64,000 bases of DNA, from positions 117,834 to 181,833 of the forward strand of contig CAWJSK010000014.1 in the NCBI GenBank assembly GCA_963845535.1. Direction: 5' to 3'. How positions within the stretch are numbered: the first letter of the stretch is position 1; the number at the start of each line of letters is the position of its first letter. Positions 19,456 to 30,600 of the stretch are shown here, piece by piece. The notes under the pieces were generated by a model. It did no database searches. It saw only the letters and a program-made list of their open reading frames with translations, and had not been told where the DNA came from. The stretch is from an uncultured Spirochaetota bacterium (GTDB lineage: Bacteria > Spirochaetota > Spirochaetia > SZUA-6 > Fen-1364). The translations under genes were made by a program, and so were the position numbers.

Positions 19456-21009
19456 ATGAAACATCCATCGCTTCTCATCTGTGTCGTGCTTTTGGCCAGC
19501 CTTGCGGCCGGCCCTGCGCTCTGGGCCCAGAGCGCAGCCTCCGGAAGTGACGGAACAGCGGCAGGGTCCGCCGCCGCGCCGGGCGCGGCCGGCAGCGGCG
19601 CCCAAGGGAGCGGCGCGCAGGGATCAGGCGCGGCCGGCAGCGCGCAGGGTTCCAGCGCGCCAGCACAAGGGACGGGAGCCGCCGCGGCAGGCTCGGACGA
19701 GAGCGACTTTTTCGGGTCAGGCCAGGTTGAAGCCCCGCAAGGAGCCGCGGACACGAAGAACCCCGCCGCGGCGGTGGAGTCGGAGAAGCTTGGATTCTCG
19801 GGTCAGTTCCAGTCCCTGAGCTCGTACTCGATGACCCGCAATTTTGTCCAGGGGAACACAGGTTTCAACGACAACACTTTCGCGAATACGATGATGGGCG
19901 ACTTCCTTGTGGACGCGAGGCTCCCCCGGAGCTTTCGGATGTTCTTGGACATGAACATCAACTACGTGCCTACGGGGGTGCCGGTGCCCACCACTTTCAT
20001 CGGGGCGCCCTATCCGCTGCCATCGCCCCTTACCCTGTACCAGAACGAAACGACCCTCCTGGACCTCAAGGAAGTGTTTGTCGATTTCAACTTCGCCAGC
20101 AACGCAATCCACTTCCGGGCAGGCAAGCAGGTGCTCCAGTGGGGCACGGGGTATTTCTGGAATCCGACGGACCTCATCAACGTCAGCCACAAGAGCTTCA
20201 CGAACTTGAACGCGCTGCTGGACGGGGTCTTCGGCCTTCGCACGGATGTGACCTTCTCACCTGCCTTCCACCTTTACACGTTCATCAACCTGAACGGCGT
20301 CACGGACCTTACCTACGCGGCATACGCGGCAAGGACCGAGTTCCTGGTGGGCAAGGTGGAGTTCGGCTTTTCCGGCTGGTACGAATACAACAAGATTCCC
20401 GTGTTCGGGGGCGACATTACCATGCCCTTGTTCTGGGAGCTGAATATGACGGGTGAAGCCAGCCTTTCATACGGGGACAACATTCAGAAGCTGGACACGA
20501 GCGGCAATCCCTACTCGGTGAGCAACCAGCTCGTGCCGAAGGTGGACATAGGGTTGTCGCGCACCTTCGACGTCCTGAACGTCCAGGACAGGCTTACCGT
20601 GATGACCGAGTTCTTCTGGAACTCCGACGGCTACAGCCAGGATATGTTCACCCTGAACAACGTGGTGCCTCTGCAGTCCGGCCTGACGGCGTTGCAGACT
20701 TTCCTTTCCGGCTACTACCACGCCAGCTACTACGGCCAGTACTACGGGGCGCTGTTCGTATCCATCGCTGATTTCGGGCTGCCCGACATGACGTTGTCCT
20801 TGAACGGCCTCATGAACTTCTCGGACTCGTCAGCCATAGCGCTTGTGGGGCTTTCTGATTCACCGGTGAACAACTTCACGCTGGAGGTCCAGCTCGGATC
20901 ATTCCTTGGCCCGAACAACAGCGAGTACACCATCACGGAGAACTCGAGCACCGGGGTCCTCACGAACAACATGTTCTTCGTGATCCTGAGCGCGCAGGTC
21001 AACTTCTGA
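19456..21009 (+). CDS. Putative outer-membrane beta-barrel protein with Gly/Ala/Ser-rich N-terminus
   Basis: Signal peptide, RAGKQVLQWGTGYFWNPTDLIN, C-terminal Phe. Confidence 0.65.
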   Translation: MKHPSLLICVVLLASLAAGPALWAQSAASGSDGTAAGSAAAPGAAGSGAQGSGAQGSGAAGSAQGSSAPAQGTGAAAAGSDESDFFGSGQVEAPQGAADTKNPAAAVESEKLGFSGQFQSLSSYSMTRNFVQGNTGFNDNTFANTMMGDFLVDARLPRSFRMFLDMNINYVPTGVPVPTTFIGAPYPLPSPLTLYQNETTLLDLKEVFVDFNFASNAIHFRAGKQVLQWGTGYFWNPTDLINVSHKSFTNLNALLDGVFGLRTDVTFSPAFHLYTFINLNGVTDLTYAAYAARTEFLVGKVEFGFSGWYEYNKIPVFGGDITMPLFWELNMTGEASLSYGDNIQKLDTSGNPYSVSNQLVPKVDIGLSRTFDVLNVQDRLTVMTEFFWNSDGYSQDMFTLNNVVPLQSGLTALQTFLSGYYHASYYGQYYGALFVSIADFGLPDMTLSLNGLMNFSDSSAIALVGLSDSPVNNFTLEVQLGSFLGPNNSEYTITENSSTGVLTNNMFFVILSAQVNF

Positions 21010-21051
21010 CAGTCGCCCAGGACGGCAGGAGGTGTCGTGAAATCACAATAG

Positions 21052-22351
21052 GGGACCTCGAAAAACTAGGTGTTTTTATGCTTTTCGTTCCTGCCAGGTC
21101 GATGACGCTGTGATTTTTAAAGCAGAAGGCTGGCTTTTTCGCACGGTCTATCCGGATCATTTTCGATTTCCAGATTTTCAACAGTTTTTGCTCTTTTCCC
21201 GGCCTCCCGGTCCCTATTTCTTGCTCTTTTAACCCTCCAGTTGAATCCCGGGCAGACTACGCCCCCTGAAGATATGCCGAGCGCACAATGTTGTAGGTCA
21301 AATTAATTAGCCCGATGTTCGACCGCGCTCGCACGATTCCGATCGAGCGGATACGAAAGCCGTTCATGCAGTTGGTGATGTGCGCGAAGACGTGCTCCAC
21401 CCGGGCACGGATGCGCGACTTCGCTCGGTTACTTCTCATCTGGGATTTGCTCAACGGTTGATTGCGATACCCTTTCTCATGGATCTTGCTTTGCACTCCA
21501 CGCTTCTGCAGGGTGTCCTCGATTTTCTCAGAGCGGTAGGCACTGTCGGCATGCAGCTCCGTATCCACATCAGTTTTCTGCAGCAACGACGGCAGCACTT
21601 GCGAATCATGCACGCTGGCATCGGTGACCTCATAGGTCTTAATCAGTTTGCTCTGCCTATCCACTTTCACGTGATCTTTGTACCCGTAGTAAGTCTGCTC
21701 GTTCTTCTTCGTCCAACGCGCCTCGGTATCCTTTTGCCTCAGCTTCGCAGGATCCTCTTTCCAATCCGTGGGGATCTTTCCCTCTTTGATCGTTTGATTC
21801 TCCTCCCGACTGTTCCTCTGCCGCGGCACTTCCACAAAACTCGCATCAACGATGCTGCCGTTATTTTCGATTAGCCCCAGCTTCTCCAAATGCGCGCGGT
21901 ACAACGTGAAAAGCTTTTCGATTAACCCACGCTTGCTCAGTACCTCACGAAAGAGCCAAATGGTCTTTTCATCCGGCACCTCCCCATGCAATCCCTGGCC
22001 CAAGAACCGCTGGAAGCTCAGACGGTCCAATATCTGAAACTGCATCTGGGCATCCGACAGATTGTACAGACGTTGGAGAATCAGGATCTTGAACATCAAA
22101 ACGTAATCGAACGGCGGGCGCCCGCCTGGTCCTTTGGGTTCCTTCTTGAAGCATCGCTTCAAAAGCGGACGAAATATTTCCCAATCCATCGTCGCGTTGA
22201 GTTTCTCAAGCGGATCGCCTTGGCTACTCAACTTCTGGAGACGCTCTTGTTCATCAAAGAAACCGCGTTGTTGATTCATTCCCCACCCTGATTGGAGAAT
22301 AACATGAGATACCGAGACACTCAATGAAAATGGCTAGTTTTTAGAGGCGCC
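21052..22351 (-). mobile_element. IS5-family insertion sequence
   Basis: Imperfect TIRs GGGACCTCGAAAAACTAG (21052-21069) and CTAGTTTTTAGAGGCGCC (22334-22351), flanked by direct repeat CAATAG (or AATA if the TIRs are 19 bp). Confidence 0.9.
21257..22279 (-). CDS. IS5 family DDE transposase
   Basis: GGRPPFD, VPDEKT, IVDASFV, YGYKDH, ADSAY, RARVEHVF. Confidence 0.95.
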   Translation of the reverse strand: MNQQRGFFDEQERLQKLSSQGDPLEKLNATMDWEIFRPLLKRCFKKEPKGPGGRPPFDYVLMFKILILQRLYNLSDAQMQFQILDRLSFQRFLGQGLHGEVPDEKTIWLFREVLSKRGLIEKLFTLYRAHLEKLGLIENNGSIVDASFVEVPRQRNSREENQTIKEGKIPTDWKEDPAKLRQKDTEARWTKKNEQTYYGYKDHVKVDRQSKLIKTYEVTDASVHDSQVLPSLLQKTDVDTELHADSAYRSEKIEDTLQKRGVQSKIHEKGYRNQPLSKSQMRSNRAKSRIRARVEHVFAHITNCMNGFRIRSIGIVRARSNIGLINLTYNIVRSAYLQGA

Positions 22352-22825
22352 CAATAGACTGGTGGCGAATCGGCTGCCTCCGAATACCAGAATGTTCTTG
22401 CCAGGCTGCGGCGCTGAGCCCACGACAATCCGTAGCTGGTTCGGGCATTCGACCCGGACAGTTGAGGTGCGCAGAGACTGGACTACAATCTTTCCTTTCT
22501 TGCAGTACGCTATCGCCTCGCCGCCAATGAGTATCGTGTCTGCCGGGCTGCCATCGGTTGTCGTCCACAGTCTCCCCGCGACACAGGTAATTCTGTAGGG
22601 CCGGCGGTGTACACGGATTGAGATAACCTCATTCCGCTGAAGGACGAACGTAGCACTCGCGTTGAAGATTGTCGTCGTCGCGGGCTTCGACTGCCGGGCG
22701 TGTTTCTTCTCCTCCTTTCGACTCTTTCGCGCGGCATCTCCCAACCGCGCCTCGTCTGCCTGTCGATAGAGGTCTTTCTGCACCTGTTTTGCCACTCTGT
22801 ACTGCTCGTACCAGTTGTGGTACAT
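22334..22825 (-). CDS. DUF2917-like protein; last 5 residues come from the IS end
   Basis: ITCVAGRLWTTTDGSPADTILIGGE motif; GGAGG RBS. Confidence 0.65.
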   Translation of the reverse strand: MYHNWYEQYRVAKQVQKDLYRQADEARLGDAARKSRKEEKKHARQSKPATTTIFNASATFVLQRNEVISIRVHRRPYRITCVAGRLWTTTDGSPADTILIGGEAIAYCKKGKIVVQSLRTSTVRVECPNQLRIVVGSAPQPGKNILVFGGSRFATSLLGASKN

Positions 22826-22894
22826 GGCCTCCTCCTTCTTGGCCCGTCGTTCGCGGGAATGGTGGCGGTGAAAGAGGACGGAATCTGTCCTTTC

Positions 22895-23047
22895 TTATCG
22901 GAGGTTTCCCACATACGCCGCCCGCCGAGCCGCGTCGTGACGGTTTTCGAGCTCCTGCAATTGCGGCCGTCGCTCACCGGAGGCCGCCTTGAATGGGAGT
23001 GAAACAATTTGGTCTTTGGCCAGCGTGAATATGATGTTGTTCCTCAT
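22895..23047 (-). CDS. Small ORF (50 aa), possibly a deleted DUF2917 paralog
   Basis: GGAG RBS; MRNNIIFTLAKDQIVSLPF resembles FVLQRNEVISIR of the downstream gene; below the ORF-track cutoff. Confidence 0.3.
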   Translation of the reverse strand: MRNNIIFTLAKDQIVSLPFKAASGERRPQLQELENRHDAARRAAYVGNLR

Positions 23048-23212
23048 TATCTCTCCTCGAGTTCAAAGGTGGAAGAGCGGATGGTAAGGGAACCACCCGG
23101 TTCTTGCGACGTTGGTACCCTCGAAGCATCCTGCCCTCCTTCTTCACAGGCTCCAAGCGGCAGCGGGAGATCCAGCCCAGCAGGACGCGGCTCCGCAGGG
23201 GCATCGAAAATA

Positions 23213-23244
23213 ATATTGACAGTAGTACTGTCAATATCTATCTT
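23213..23244 (+). promoter_or_regulatory. Sigma70 promoter overlapped by a perfect 12-bp inverted repeat (MarR operator)
   Basis: ATATTGACAGTA-G-TACTGTCAATAT (23213-23237); TTGACA 23216-23221, 17 bp, TATCTT 23239-23244. Confidence 0.75.
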
Positions 23245-23250
23245 ACCCGC

Positions 23251-24000
23251 ATGAGGTCACTCGGACGGCCTGATGATCCACCCAGCAGGTTCGCGTTGGC
23301 CATATTCTGGATAAACGGCCTGCTACTGCGCAGCGGCGAAAAGATCACAAGGAGTCTTGGCGTCAGCAGTGCCAAATGGCAGGTCCTTGGACGGGCAGGA
23401 GACGAACCGCAGCCGGTTGCGCAGATGGCCCGCGACATGGGTCTCGCGCGACAGAGTGTGCAGCGTGTCGCCAACGTGTTGGAGAAACAAGGGCTCGTTA
23501 CTTACAAGGACAACCCAACCGATCGCAGAGCACAACTTGTTGAACTTACGGGACAAGGTAGGAAAACTCTCGCTGCCATCTACCGGCGAAATGCGGAGTG
23601 GTCAGATCGAATGGGAGCGAAACTTGTTCTTCGACGATTGGCTAAAGTCACGGCTGAACTGGAACGCGCTGGCCAGATCTTGGAAGCAGACGAACAAACC
23701 ATTATGCGGGAGGAGACCGTGGTAGGCAAGACATTCAGAGCGACAATTCGGAGGGATGATAAAAAGGGCGGCTGGACTTACGTGATATGGCCAGAATCCG
23801 CTGAGTTTCTAGGGACGCGCAAAGCTGCAAAAGTAAGCGGCACTGTCGACGGTTATGCTTTTCAAGCCACCTTCCTGCCAATGGGCGACGGCACACATAT
23901 GTTGCCAATGAAGGCGGCAATCTTGAAAGCTATCAAGAAGGGGGCAGGAAACACAGTTGAGGTTTGTGTGTCGGAGAGATCGGAACCCGCAGCTAAATGA
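23251..24000 (+). CDS. MarR regulator fused in frame to a DUF1905-like domain
   Basis: wHTH VAQMARDMGLARQSVQRVANVL...DRRAQLVELT; C-terminal GGWTYV...VSGTVDG...PMGDGTHMLP. Confidence 0.8.
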   Translation: MRSLGRPDDPPSRFALAIFWINGLLLRSGEKITRSLGVSSAKWQVLGRAGDEPQPVAQMARDMGLARQSVQRVANVLEKQGLVTYKDNPTDRRAQLVELTGQGRKTLAAIYRRNAEWSDRMGAKLVLRRLAKVTAELERAGQILEADEQTIMREETVVGKTFRATIRRDDKKGGWTYVIWPESAEFLGTRKAAKVSGTVDGYAFQATFLPMGDGTHMLPMKAAILKAIKKGAGNTVEVCVSERSEPAAK

Positions 24001-24046
24001 AATGGCAATAGAGGGTTTTGACGAACATTCTGCAAGGAGGTAGGTC

Positions 24047-24985
24047 ATGGCTGTAGTTCTGATCGCCCTGGCGGGAGTCGCTGCAATTATGGTGATCTAT
24101 TTCGGAATTAGACTTGAATGGGGTCCCCGGCCCGTGCAACACGAGGTAGCTCCGGACTCCGACGTCAAGTTCATCGATGCCAACGGTATAAAATTCGGTT
24201 ACATCGAGAATGGCAAGGGTCCGCTTGTTCTGCTTTTTCACGGGTATCCTGAGACGGCACGGTCCTGGCGTGAGATTCAGGCTCGACTCTCCTCTGAGGG
24301 CTATCACGTTGTGGTCCCATTCCTGCGAGGGTATCCTCCAACTTCGTCTCCTACCGATGGCGATTATCGCGGACAGGTATTGGGCCAAGACATTCTCGCG
24401 CTTATCGACGCTTTCAAGGTCGAGACCGCTATTGTTGTCGGCCACGATTGGGGGGCATCGGCCGCCTATATCGCAGCGACCAAGAAACCGGAGAAGATCG
24501 AGAAGCTGGTGGCCATTTCCATGCCACACCCTAGGGGATTCGAGGGTGCAGTGAAATTCTTTCTCTCTGCTCCCCACTTTCTCTACTACCAGTTGCCCTG
24601 GGCGCGCCGAATTGTTTGGAGCCACGATTTTGCTCATATTGGACGGCTCTATCGAAAATGCGCGCCGAATTATCGACCGTCCGCCGAGGTCCTCGAGGAA
24701 ATCAAATCAACCCTCAAGAGACCCGGAGCTCTTGAAGGAGCACTCGGTTATTACTGGTCGGCCTTCAAGGGGAGGCAGAGCGAAGTTTCAGGTGGTGACT
24801 CAGTCTCCGTTCCGTCGCTCGTGATCGCGGGTTCAGACGACGGACCGATTGACTTTGCGATGTTTGCCAAAGCTCGCCCGGCATTTATCGGTCCCTATTT
24901 CTTCGTGGAGCTCGCTACCGGCCATTTCCCACAGCTGGAAGCCGCTGAAGAAGTGGCGGGGGCCATTCTGTCCTTTCACAGATAG
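24047..24985 (+). CDS. Alpha/beta hydrolase, epoxide hydrolase-like
   Basis: HGYPE, GHDWGA nucleophile elbow, GHFPQLE. Confidence 0.9.
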   Translation: MAVVLIALAGVAAIMVIYFGIRLEWGPRPVQHEVAPDSDVKFIDANGIKFGYIENGKGPLVLLFHGYPETARSWREIQARLSSEGYHVVVPFLRGYPPTSSPTDGDYRGQVLGQDILALIDAFKVETAIVVGHDWGASAAYIAATKKPEKIEKLVAISMPHPRGFEGAVKFFLSAPHFLYYQLPWARRIVWSHDFAHIGRLYRKCAPNYRPSAEVLEEIKSTLKRPGALEGALGYYWSAFKGRQSEVSGGDSVSVPSLVIAGSDDGPIDFAMFAKARPAFIGPYFFVELATGHFPQLEAAEEVAGAILSFHR

Positions 24986-25495
24986 TTGCGAGTGGAAGCC
25001 TGTCATGGGAGGAGGCGCACATTCCGAATCACCAGAAGCGTCTCCGGCGGGGCTTTGGCGTACGTAATTTTCCTTTCTTGAGCTGACCCCTGCGGGCAGA
25101 GTGAGAGAATAGCCGGGGGCTGTGCCATGCCGTTTAGGAGCAGGCCGTCAGTCTATCCGTGGAACGCCTTCACCGTCACGGGCCCGCGGCAGTTCGGCCC
25201 GGAGTTTTCCGCGGCGCTCAACTTTCCTTACAACGCAAATCCGAAACAAATTTCCCCACTATCTTTGTTCTCTGGCCTTTGTCAGGGAAAGGGTATTGCC
25301 TATGTTGCGACTTTGGTGACCTCGTGCGCCAGCATCTCGACAACCGCCTTGACCTGGGCGTCGCGCTCTTCTTTCGCCCGATCCATCAGCATTCCGGTCA
25401 TGCCGTTTTCCTTTTTCTCTTGTCTCCGACAACGCCTTCTTATTGTGATTCCCACGAGCGAACCACCGGGCAATGAACGACTCGTGACTCCTCCG

Positions 25496-27349
25496 CTACG
25501 GCTTCCTTGTCCAAGGAGGCTGCGATTGCGGCGTTGCAGGGACAGGTCGGTTGGCCTGTGGTGGCATTTGAGGAGGACGGCTAACCTGGGGCGGCCTTGA
25601 AGGCATGGGAGCCATTGGTCGCCCCGCGCGCTGCTGACGATAGATTTGCGGCCATCTCTGCTGAGCAGCCGGCTGTCGGGGCGTCACACCTTGCGCAGAA
25701 GAACGCGGGAAGCTCGGTGAGGTTCTTTCGATGCGTCCTCCTGGTAGTCCGCGCGAAGAAGGAAATGGTTGGTTTCCCCTGACTTGTCCTTGAGGCACGA
25801 GGGATGGTTGTCCACCCCCTCTCGGATATCCTGGAGTCACGACTCGTACCTGCGGGCGAGAGGCGGGACCCGATTGTCTCAAGGTGGCCATCGTTCTTGC
25901 ATCAAGAGGTTGACCCGGATGAGCCAAAAGGGCTTGTTGACGCGATGCGAAAGGGACCGCCCGGGACGGCGGAGTCAGTCGGGCCACCACGGGTCGGGAC
26001 AGTACCGAAGCGGGAGGCTGAGCAACCGAGCCATGAGCAGCACCGAAGCCGCCGAGTAAACTCTCTTTCTGCGGAACCAGGGGCGCCACAGCCCCGCGCA
26101 CCGGGGCTTGCACCATCTCGTTGTTGGAGAGCTGCAACGCGGCTTGCGATGTCGGCTGACCGCGCACAAAGGCTTCTTCCGGCACAAAAGTTACCGCCCC
26201 AGGCACATTACGGTTCGCATAATTGAAGTGCTCGACATCAATGTTGTGCTGGCGCGTGCGATCACTCCGGTAGGGCGCGATATAGGGCTCATGCGGGCCA
26301 AGGGGAAACCAACCGATACTCCCCCCAGGGGCTTGCCCAGGACGCCAGCCTGCGCCGCCGATGAATGTCACTACCGCAGGTGCATAAACTGGATGACCGC
26401 GATGAGTCCCTGGCACCCACGCCCAAGCGTTGTTGCGAAATGCCCAGCGGCCGTAGTGGAAAGGAGCAAAACCCCAGGGAGCATCGTCGATCCAGGTCCA
26501 GCCCCAGGGATCCACCCAGACCCAGTGCCCGAAACGGTACGGCGCCCATCCTGCCACCACCGTCGGTGTCCACACTGGTCCATAATCCGCGTCATCACTC
26601 CAGCTTCCGTACTGGTCCAGGTCTTGGACCCCATCAACCTCATCGGGAGATACATACTGAGCTGAGGCTATGTGGTCTTCCTTCTGATCCCGTGCTTGGC
26701 ACCACAGGTCCCAATCGTCAAGAGGGGGAGCACTGGCGACCTGGTAGGTTGGGGAATCAGCACCCGTGATCGTGACTTGTTGCTGCTGTCGCAGGGGGAA
26801 TACAGAATTGCCTGCGGTTACTTCAATCTCTCCCGAGCGTGCCGTGACGGTTGTGTCTCCGTTTTGCTGAACATCAACCCGATAGCTACCGGCGCGAAGA
26901 AGCGAGAGGCTTGCATTCGGGGTGTCCACCTCGATCTCTTCGGTGGGGCCCAGGTGACGGAGGCGAATGTCCAACGATCCTGTCGACAATCGAATCTGAA
27001 TTGTCTGATCGTTCAGATTCAAGAAGGAAATCTCCGTGTTCGATGCAAGTCGGATGGCGGTCGAGCCCACATGGACTTCGGCCTGTCCATCTTGGTCTGC
27101 CCACAAAGAGTCCCCAATGGTCAAGGGATAATTCAGAGTCGCGGCGGCCCACTCTTGGACGCTTTCCAGGTGAAACGAGACAGTTCCGCTCATGTAGTTC
27201 AGGCGGCCCACTCGATTGGGCGGATTGGCAACCGCCGTTGCAGTTTCAGAGGTGACCGGGGCCGCCGGGGTATTGTCAGAAGCACCACCGGCAATCAATA
27301 GACTTACATTTACCAATGAAAACCACAAGATCCAAGGTAGCGTCTTCAT
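25496..27349 (-). CDS. FecR-like/DUF6600 secreted protein with Pro-rich tail
   Basis: WAPYRFGHWVWVDPWGWTWIDDAPWGFAPFHYGRW; GGAGG RBS. Confidence 0.8.
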   Translation of the reverse strand: MKTLPWILWFSLVNVSLLIAGGASDNTPAAPVTSETATAVANPPNRVGRLNYMSGTVSFHLESVQEWAAATLNYPLTIGDSLWADQDGQAEVHVGSTAIRLASNTEISFLNLNDQTIQIRLSTGSLDIRLRHLGPTEEIEVDTPNASLSLLRAGSYRVDVQQNGDTTVTARSGEIEVTAGNSVFPLRQQQQVTITGADSPTYQVASAPPLDDWDLWCQARDQKEDHIASAQYVSPDEVDGVQDLDQYGSWSDDADYGPVWTPTVVAGWAPYRFGHWVWVDPWGWTWIDDAPWGFAPFHYGRWAFRNNAWAWVPGTHRGHPVYAPAVVTFIGGAGWRPGQAPGGSIGWFPLGPHEPYIAPYRSDRTRQHNIDVEHFNYANRNVPGAVTFVPEEAFVRGQPTSQAALQLSNNEMVQAPVRGAVAPLVPQKESLLGGFGAAHGSVAQPPASVLSRPVVARLTPPSRAVPFASRQQALLAHPGQPLDARTMATLRQSGPASRPQVRVVTPGYPRGGGQPSLVPQGQVRGNQPFPSSRGLPGGRIERTSPSFPRSSAQGVTPRQPAAQQRWPQIYRQQRAGRPMAPMPSRPPQVSRPPQMPPQANRPVPATPQSQPPWTRKP

Positions 27350-27616
27350 ACGCACCTCCTCATTGCTCGCTCTCATTCACTTTGCCTATCGAGGAGAAGA
27401 GGGGCACGAGTCTCGCTCGGTGGTAACCTTTTGAACTAATGATAGTGCTCGTCTTTTCCACCATCAATAGATGGAAAGTTAAGAAGGGATAAAAATCGGT
27501 TATTTGAAACTAGTTCATGTGAACTCCAAAAAGAAAAAAACTGCGTTGCCTCCGGACCCGACCGCCGAGACCCAGGTTGGATCAAGGAGCGGGGCGCGCA
27601 CCGACTTCGAGGCCCC

Positions 27617-30600
27617 TCACGGATGAGTTTTCGCCGGATCTCGATCAACCGCCCTTGGCTCTCGGTTTTGCTCCTCTTCCATGCGAGCCACTCGCTTGCG
27701 CTCGAAGAGGTAAAATGCCGCAGGGACTACAAAGAAGGTGAGCACGGCCGAAAGGAGGATTCCCCCCAGCATCACTATTCCCAGTTTCTGCCCGAACTCT
27801 GACCCTTCCCCCCTGCCGAGGATCAGCGGGAAGCTGATCACCAACACCGTCATCGTGGTCATGACGATGGGTCGGAAGCGCAGCCGTGCAGACTCGGTGA
27901 GCGCTTGTACAAAAGGCATCTTGCCGATTCTCTCCACCACGAAGTCCAGGTACAGGATGGCGTTCTTCGCCGAGAGCCCGATCAGCATCAGCATGCCCAT
28001 GACTCCGAAGATGTCCAGACTGCCGCCGATGAGATAGACCAGAACGAGCGCGCCGATCAGGGCAAGGGGCACGGGCAAAAGCAGATAGATGGGGTAGCGC
28101 CAGGAGTTAAACTGCGCTGCCATGACCAGGTACGCCAGGAAGAAGGCCAGAAGGAACGTCAGAGGGCCTGTCACCAGGAGCTGCTTGGCGAGGGCTACCT
28201 GGTTGAAATGACCAGCTGGGCCTAAAGCCATACTTTCGTCCAGCAATCCGGCCTTTGTGAGATCCGCTTGGACACGGTTCAGGACGGACAGGGCCGGAGG
28301 AGCATCCGGGCTCATGGTGATCGTGAGGTTTCCCGTGTATTCGCGATTGTATCGGTTAAAGGTGACGGGAGCCTGATTCAGGACAAACCTTCCCAACTGG
28401 CCCACCTGAACGGTGGTCTGCAACAGCGGTGCGTAAATGGGTAGGTTAGCAAGAGACTGCACTCCTGAAAGATTCGTCGGATCGACTTGCACTTGGATGG
28501 GGTAGCTGAGACCGCCGGTGACGACGGTGGAGGCCTGCACCCCTGAGGCGTATGTCTGCAGGTCCGCCGCCACCATCTCAGGAGTGATCCCCGTTCCGAT
28601 TATACGTGCAGGATCGGGAGTGAAATCCGTTTCGATCGACGTGTCGGACAAAGTGGAATAGGCAGCCTCGATCCAGGGATTGCGCTTCAGTACCTGCAGC
28701 ATTTTATTGTTACGATTATTGAGAACGGTAAGATCGGGCCCAACCACGCTCAGCGAGAGAGTCGAACCTGCTGATCCAAATCCGCCCCCCGCGCTGAGAA
28801 AGATATTGGAGGAAGGCTGATTGCGGAAAAGAGCCACGATGGCTCGTCGGTAGCGCGGGATAAGCTGGAAGACGTTCTTGCGCTGCGAGATGGGGACGAG
28901 CTGAACGGTGATGTTGCCTGTGTTGTCACCCGAGAAGATACCTGACAGCCCGTTGGGGCTGCTCCCGATGATCGACTGGACGGTGTCCACCTCCGGCTGC
29001 TTGGAGAGGTAGGACTCAATCCATCCCACGTTTTCATTCGTCACTTCCAGCGGCGTCCCGGGGGAGTTACGGACGTAGATAAGCATCACCCCCGCGTCCG
29101 TGTTCGGCACGAAGTTGAACGGAATCCGTGGCCCGATGAGAACACCCAGCAGGACTATCGCCCCGGCAGACCCCGCGAGTACCCAGAGACTGCCGCGCAG
29201 CACTCTGGCAAGCGAATTGGCGTAGCGGTCCCGTACCCACTCAAGCCCTGCCTCGGTCCAGCCGTGAAAGAGCGTTGTCAGCGCCTGCAGGAAGGAAAGA
29301 CCAACGCCGCCGGCCCAGTAGATCAGCCCGAGAGCAACGGGATAGGCTGCGAGTGCGAGAAGGTACAGGGGCTTGTGCGTCAGGACAAGGATCAAGACTG
29401 CAGCCACAAGCCCCACGATGATTCCGAACGCCTTTCGCCAACTCTTCAGGCCCCACCGGATGGCCTCCGGCAGTCGAAGCACGCTGTGCAGGAAATCCCC
29501 CCACGTCTGGAACCGAGACTCGGGGGTGTATGCAAGACGCACGGTGAGGAAAAGCACGGCCTCCAGGAGCGAGAAGGCAACCGCGGCTGCCAGTCCCAGG
29601 GAGAACTGCTGGATGTACGCGCCGATGAAGCCTCCGATGAAGCTCACCGGGAGAAGCACTGCGAGAAGCGACAGGGTGGCCGCAACCACGGCGCTGAACA
29701 CCTCGCTGGCGCCCCGCAGGACCGACTCCTTCAGGTTGTAGCCCATCGCGATGTAGCGGTCCACGTTCTCCGAAACGACGATGGAGTCATCCACGACGAT
29801 TCCTATCGCGGTGATCAGCGCCAGCAGCGAGACTTGGTTCAGGGAGAACCCGGCCATGCGGTAGAGGAGCGGCGAAGCGGAAAGGGCGATGGGGATGGCG
29901 AGAATCACCGAAAACGCGGTGTTCAGCTTTCCCAGGAACAAAAGCACGATGATTGCTACAACCAGAGCCGTGATGAAAAGCTCGTGGTATGTGGCGTTCA
30001 CCGATGCCTTGATGGGCGTGGTGGTGTCGTTGCTGTAGTCGACCATCCATCCCTTCGGCAGCTGGGTCTTCTGCATCAACGCCTTGACCCGGTCAACCAC
30101 TGCTGTGGCGTTGGAATTGGTGGTTCTCTGGACAGAGAGGAGCACCTCGGGATTGCCGTTGACCCGGGCGTAATCGGTGTTAGAGGCAGCACTGAAATTC
30201 GGCCACACGGTCCCAACTTCATCCACGCGGATGCCCCGCGAGGAATCCACGACGATACTGCCGATTTGCTGTGCATCAGCTGGCTGGTTCTGTGTCTGGA
30301 AGGTCAGGTCGTTCTGGTTCTTGACGATAGTCCCGATAGGCATGTTGAAGGCCGAGTTGGTGATCGCGCTCACCACGTCCTGGGCGCGCAGGTTGTAATA
30401 GCGCAGGATATCTGGCTTGAGCAGGACGCTGAACTGCTTGGTCGGCGCTCCGTCGAGGAGCACCGTGGCCACGCCCTCCACGCGTTCGATGGCCGGCCCC
30501 AAGACGTTCGTCACGTAGTCGCTGATGTCGGTGAGGCTCACTCCTTGGCCGAACAGCCCGAACTGGAGAATGGGGGCGGAGTTGGGGTCGAAGGTTTCGA

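Noticed and set aside
25300..25401. 33-aa minus-strand ORF MTGMLMDRAKEERDAQ...
   Set aside because: Coding-like but too short to support; may be a gene remnant.
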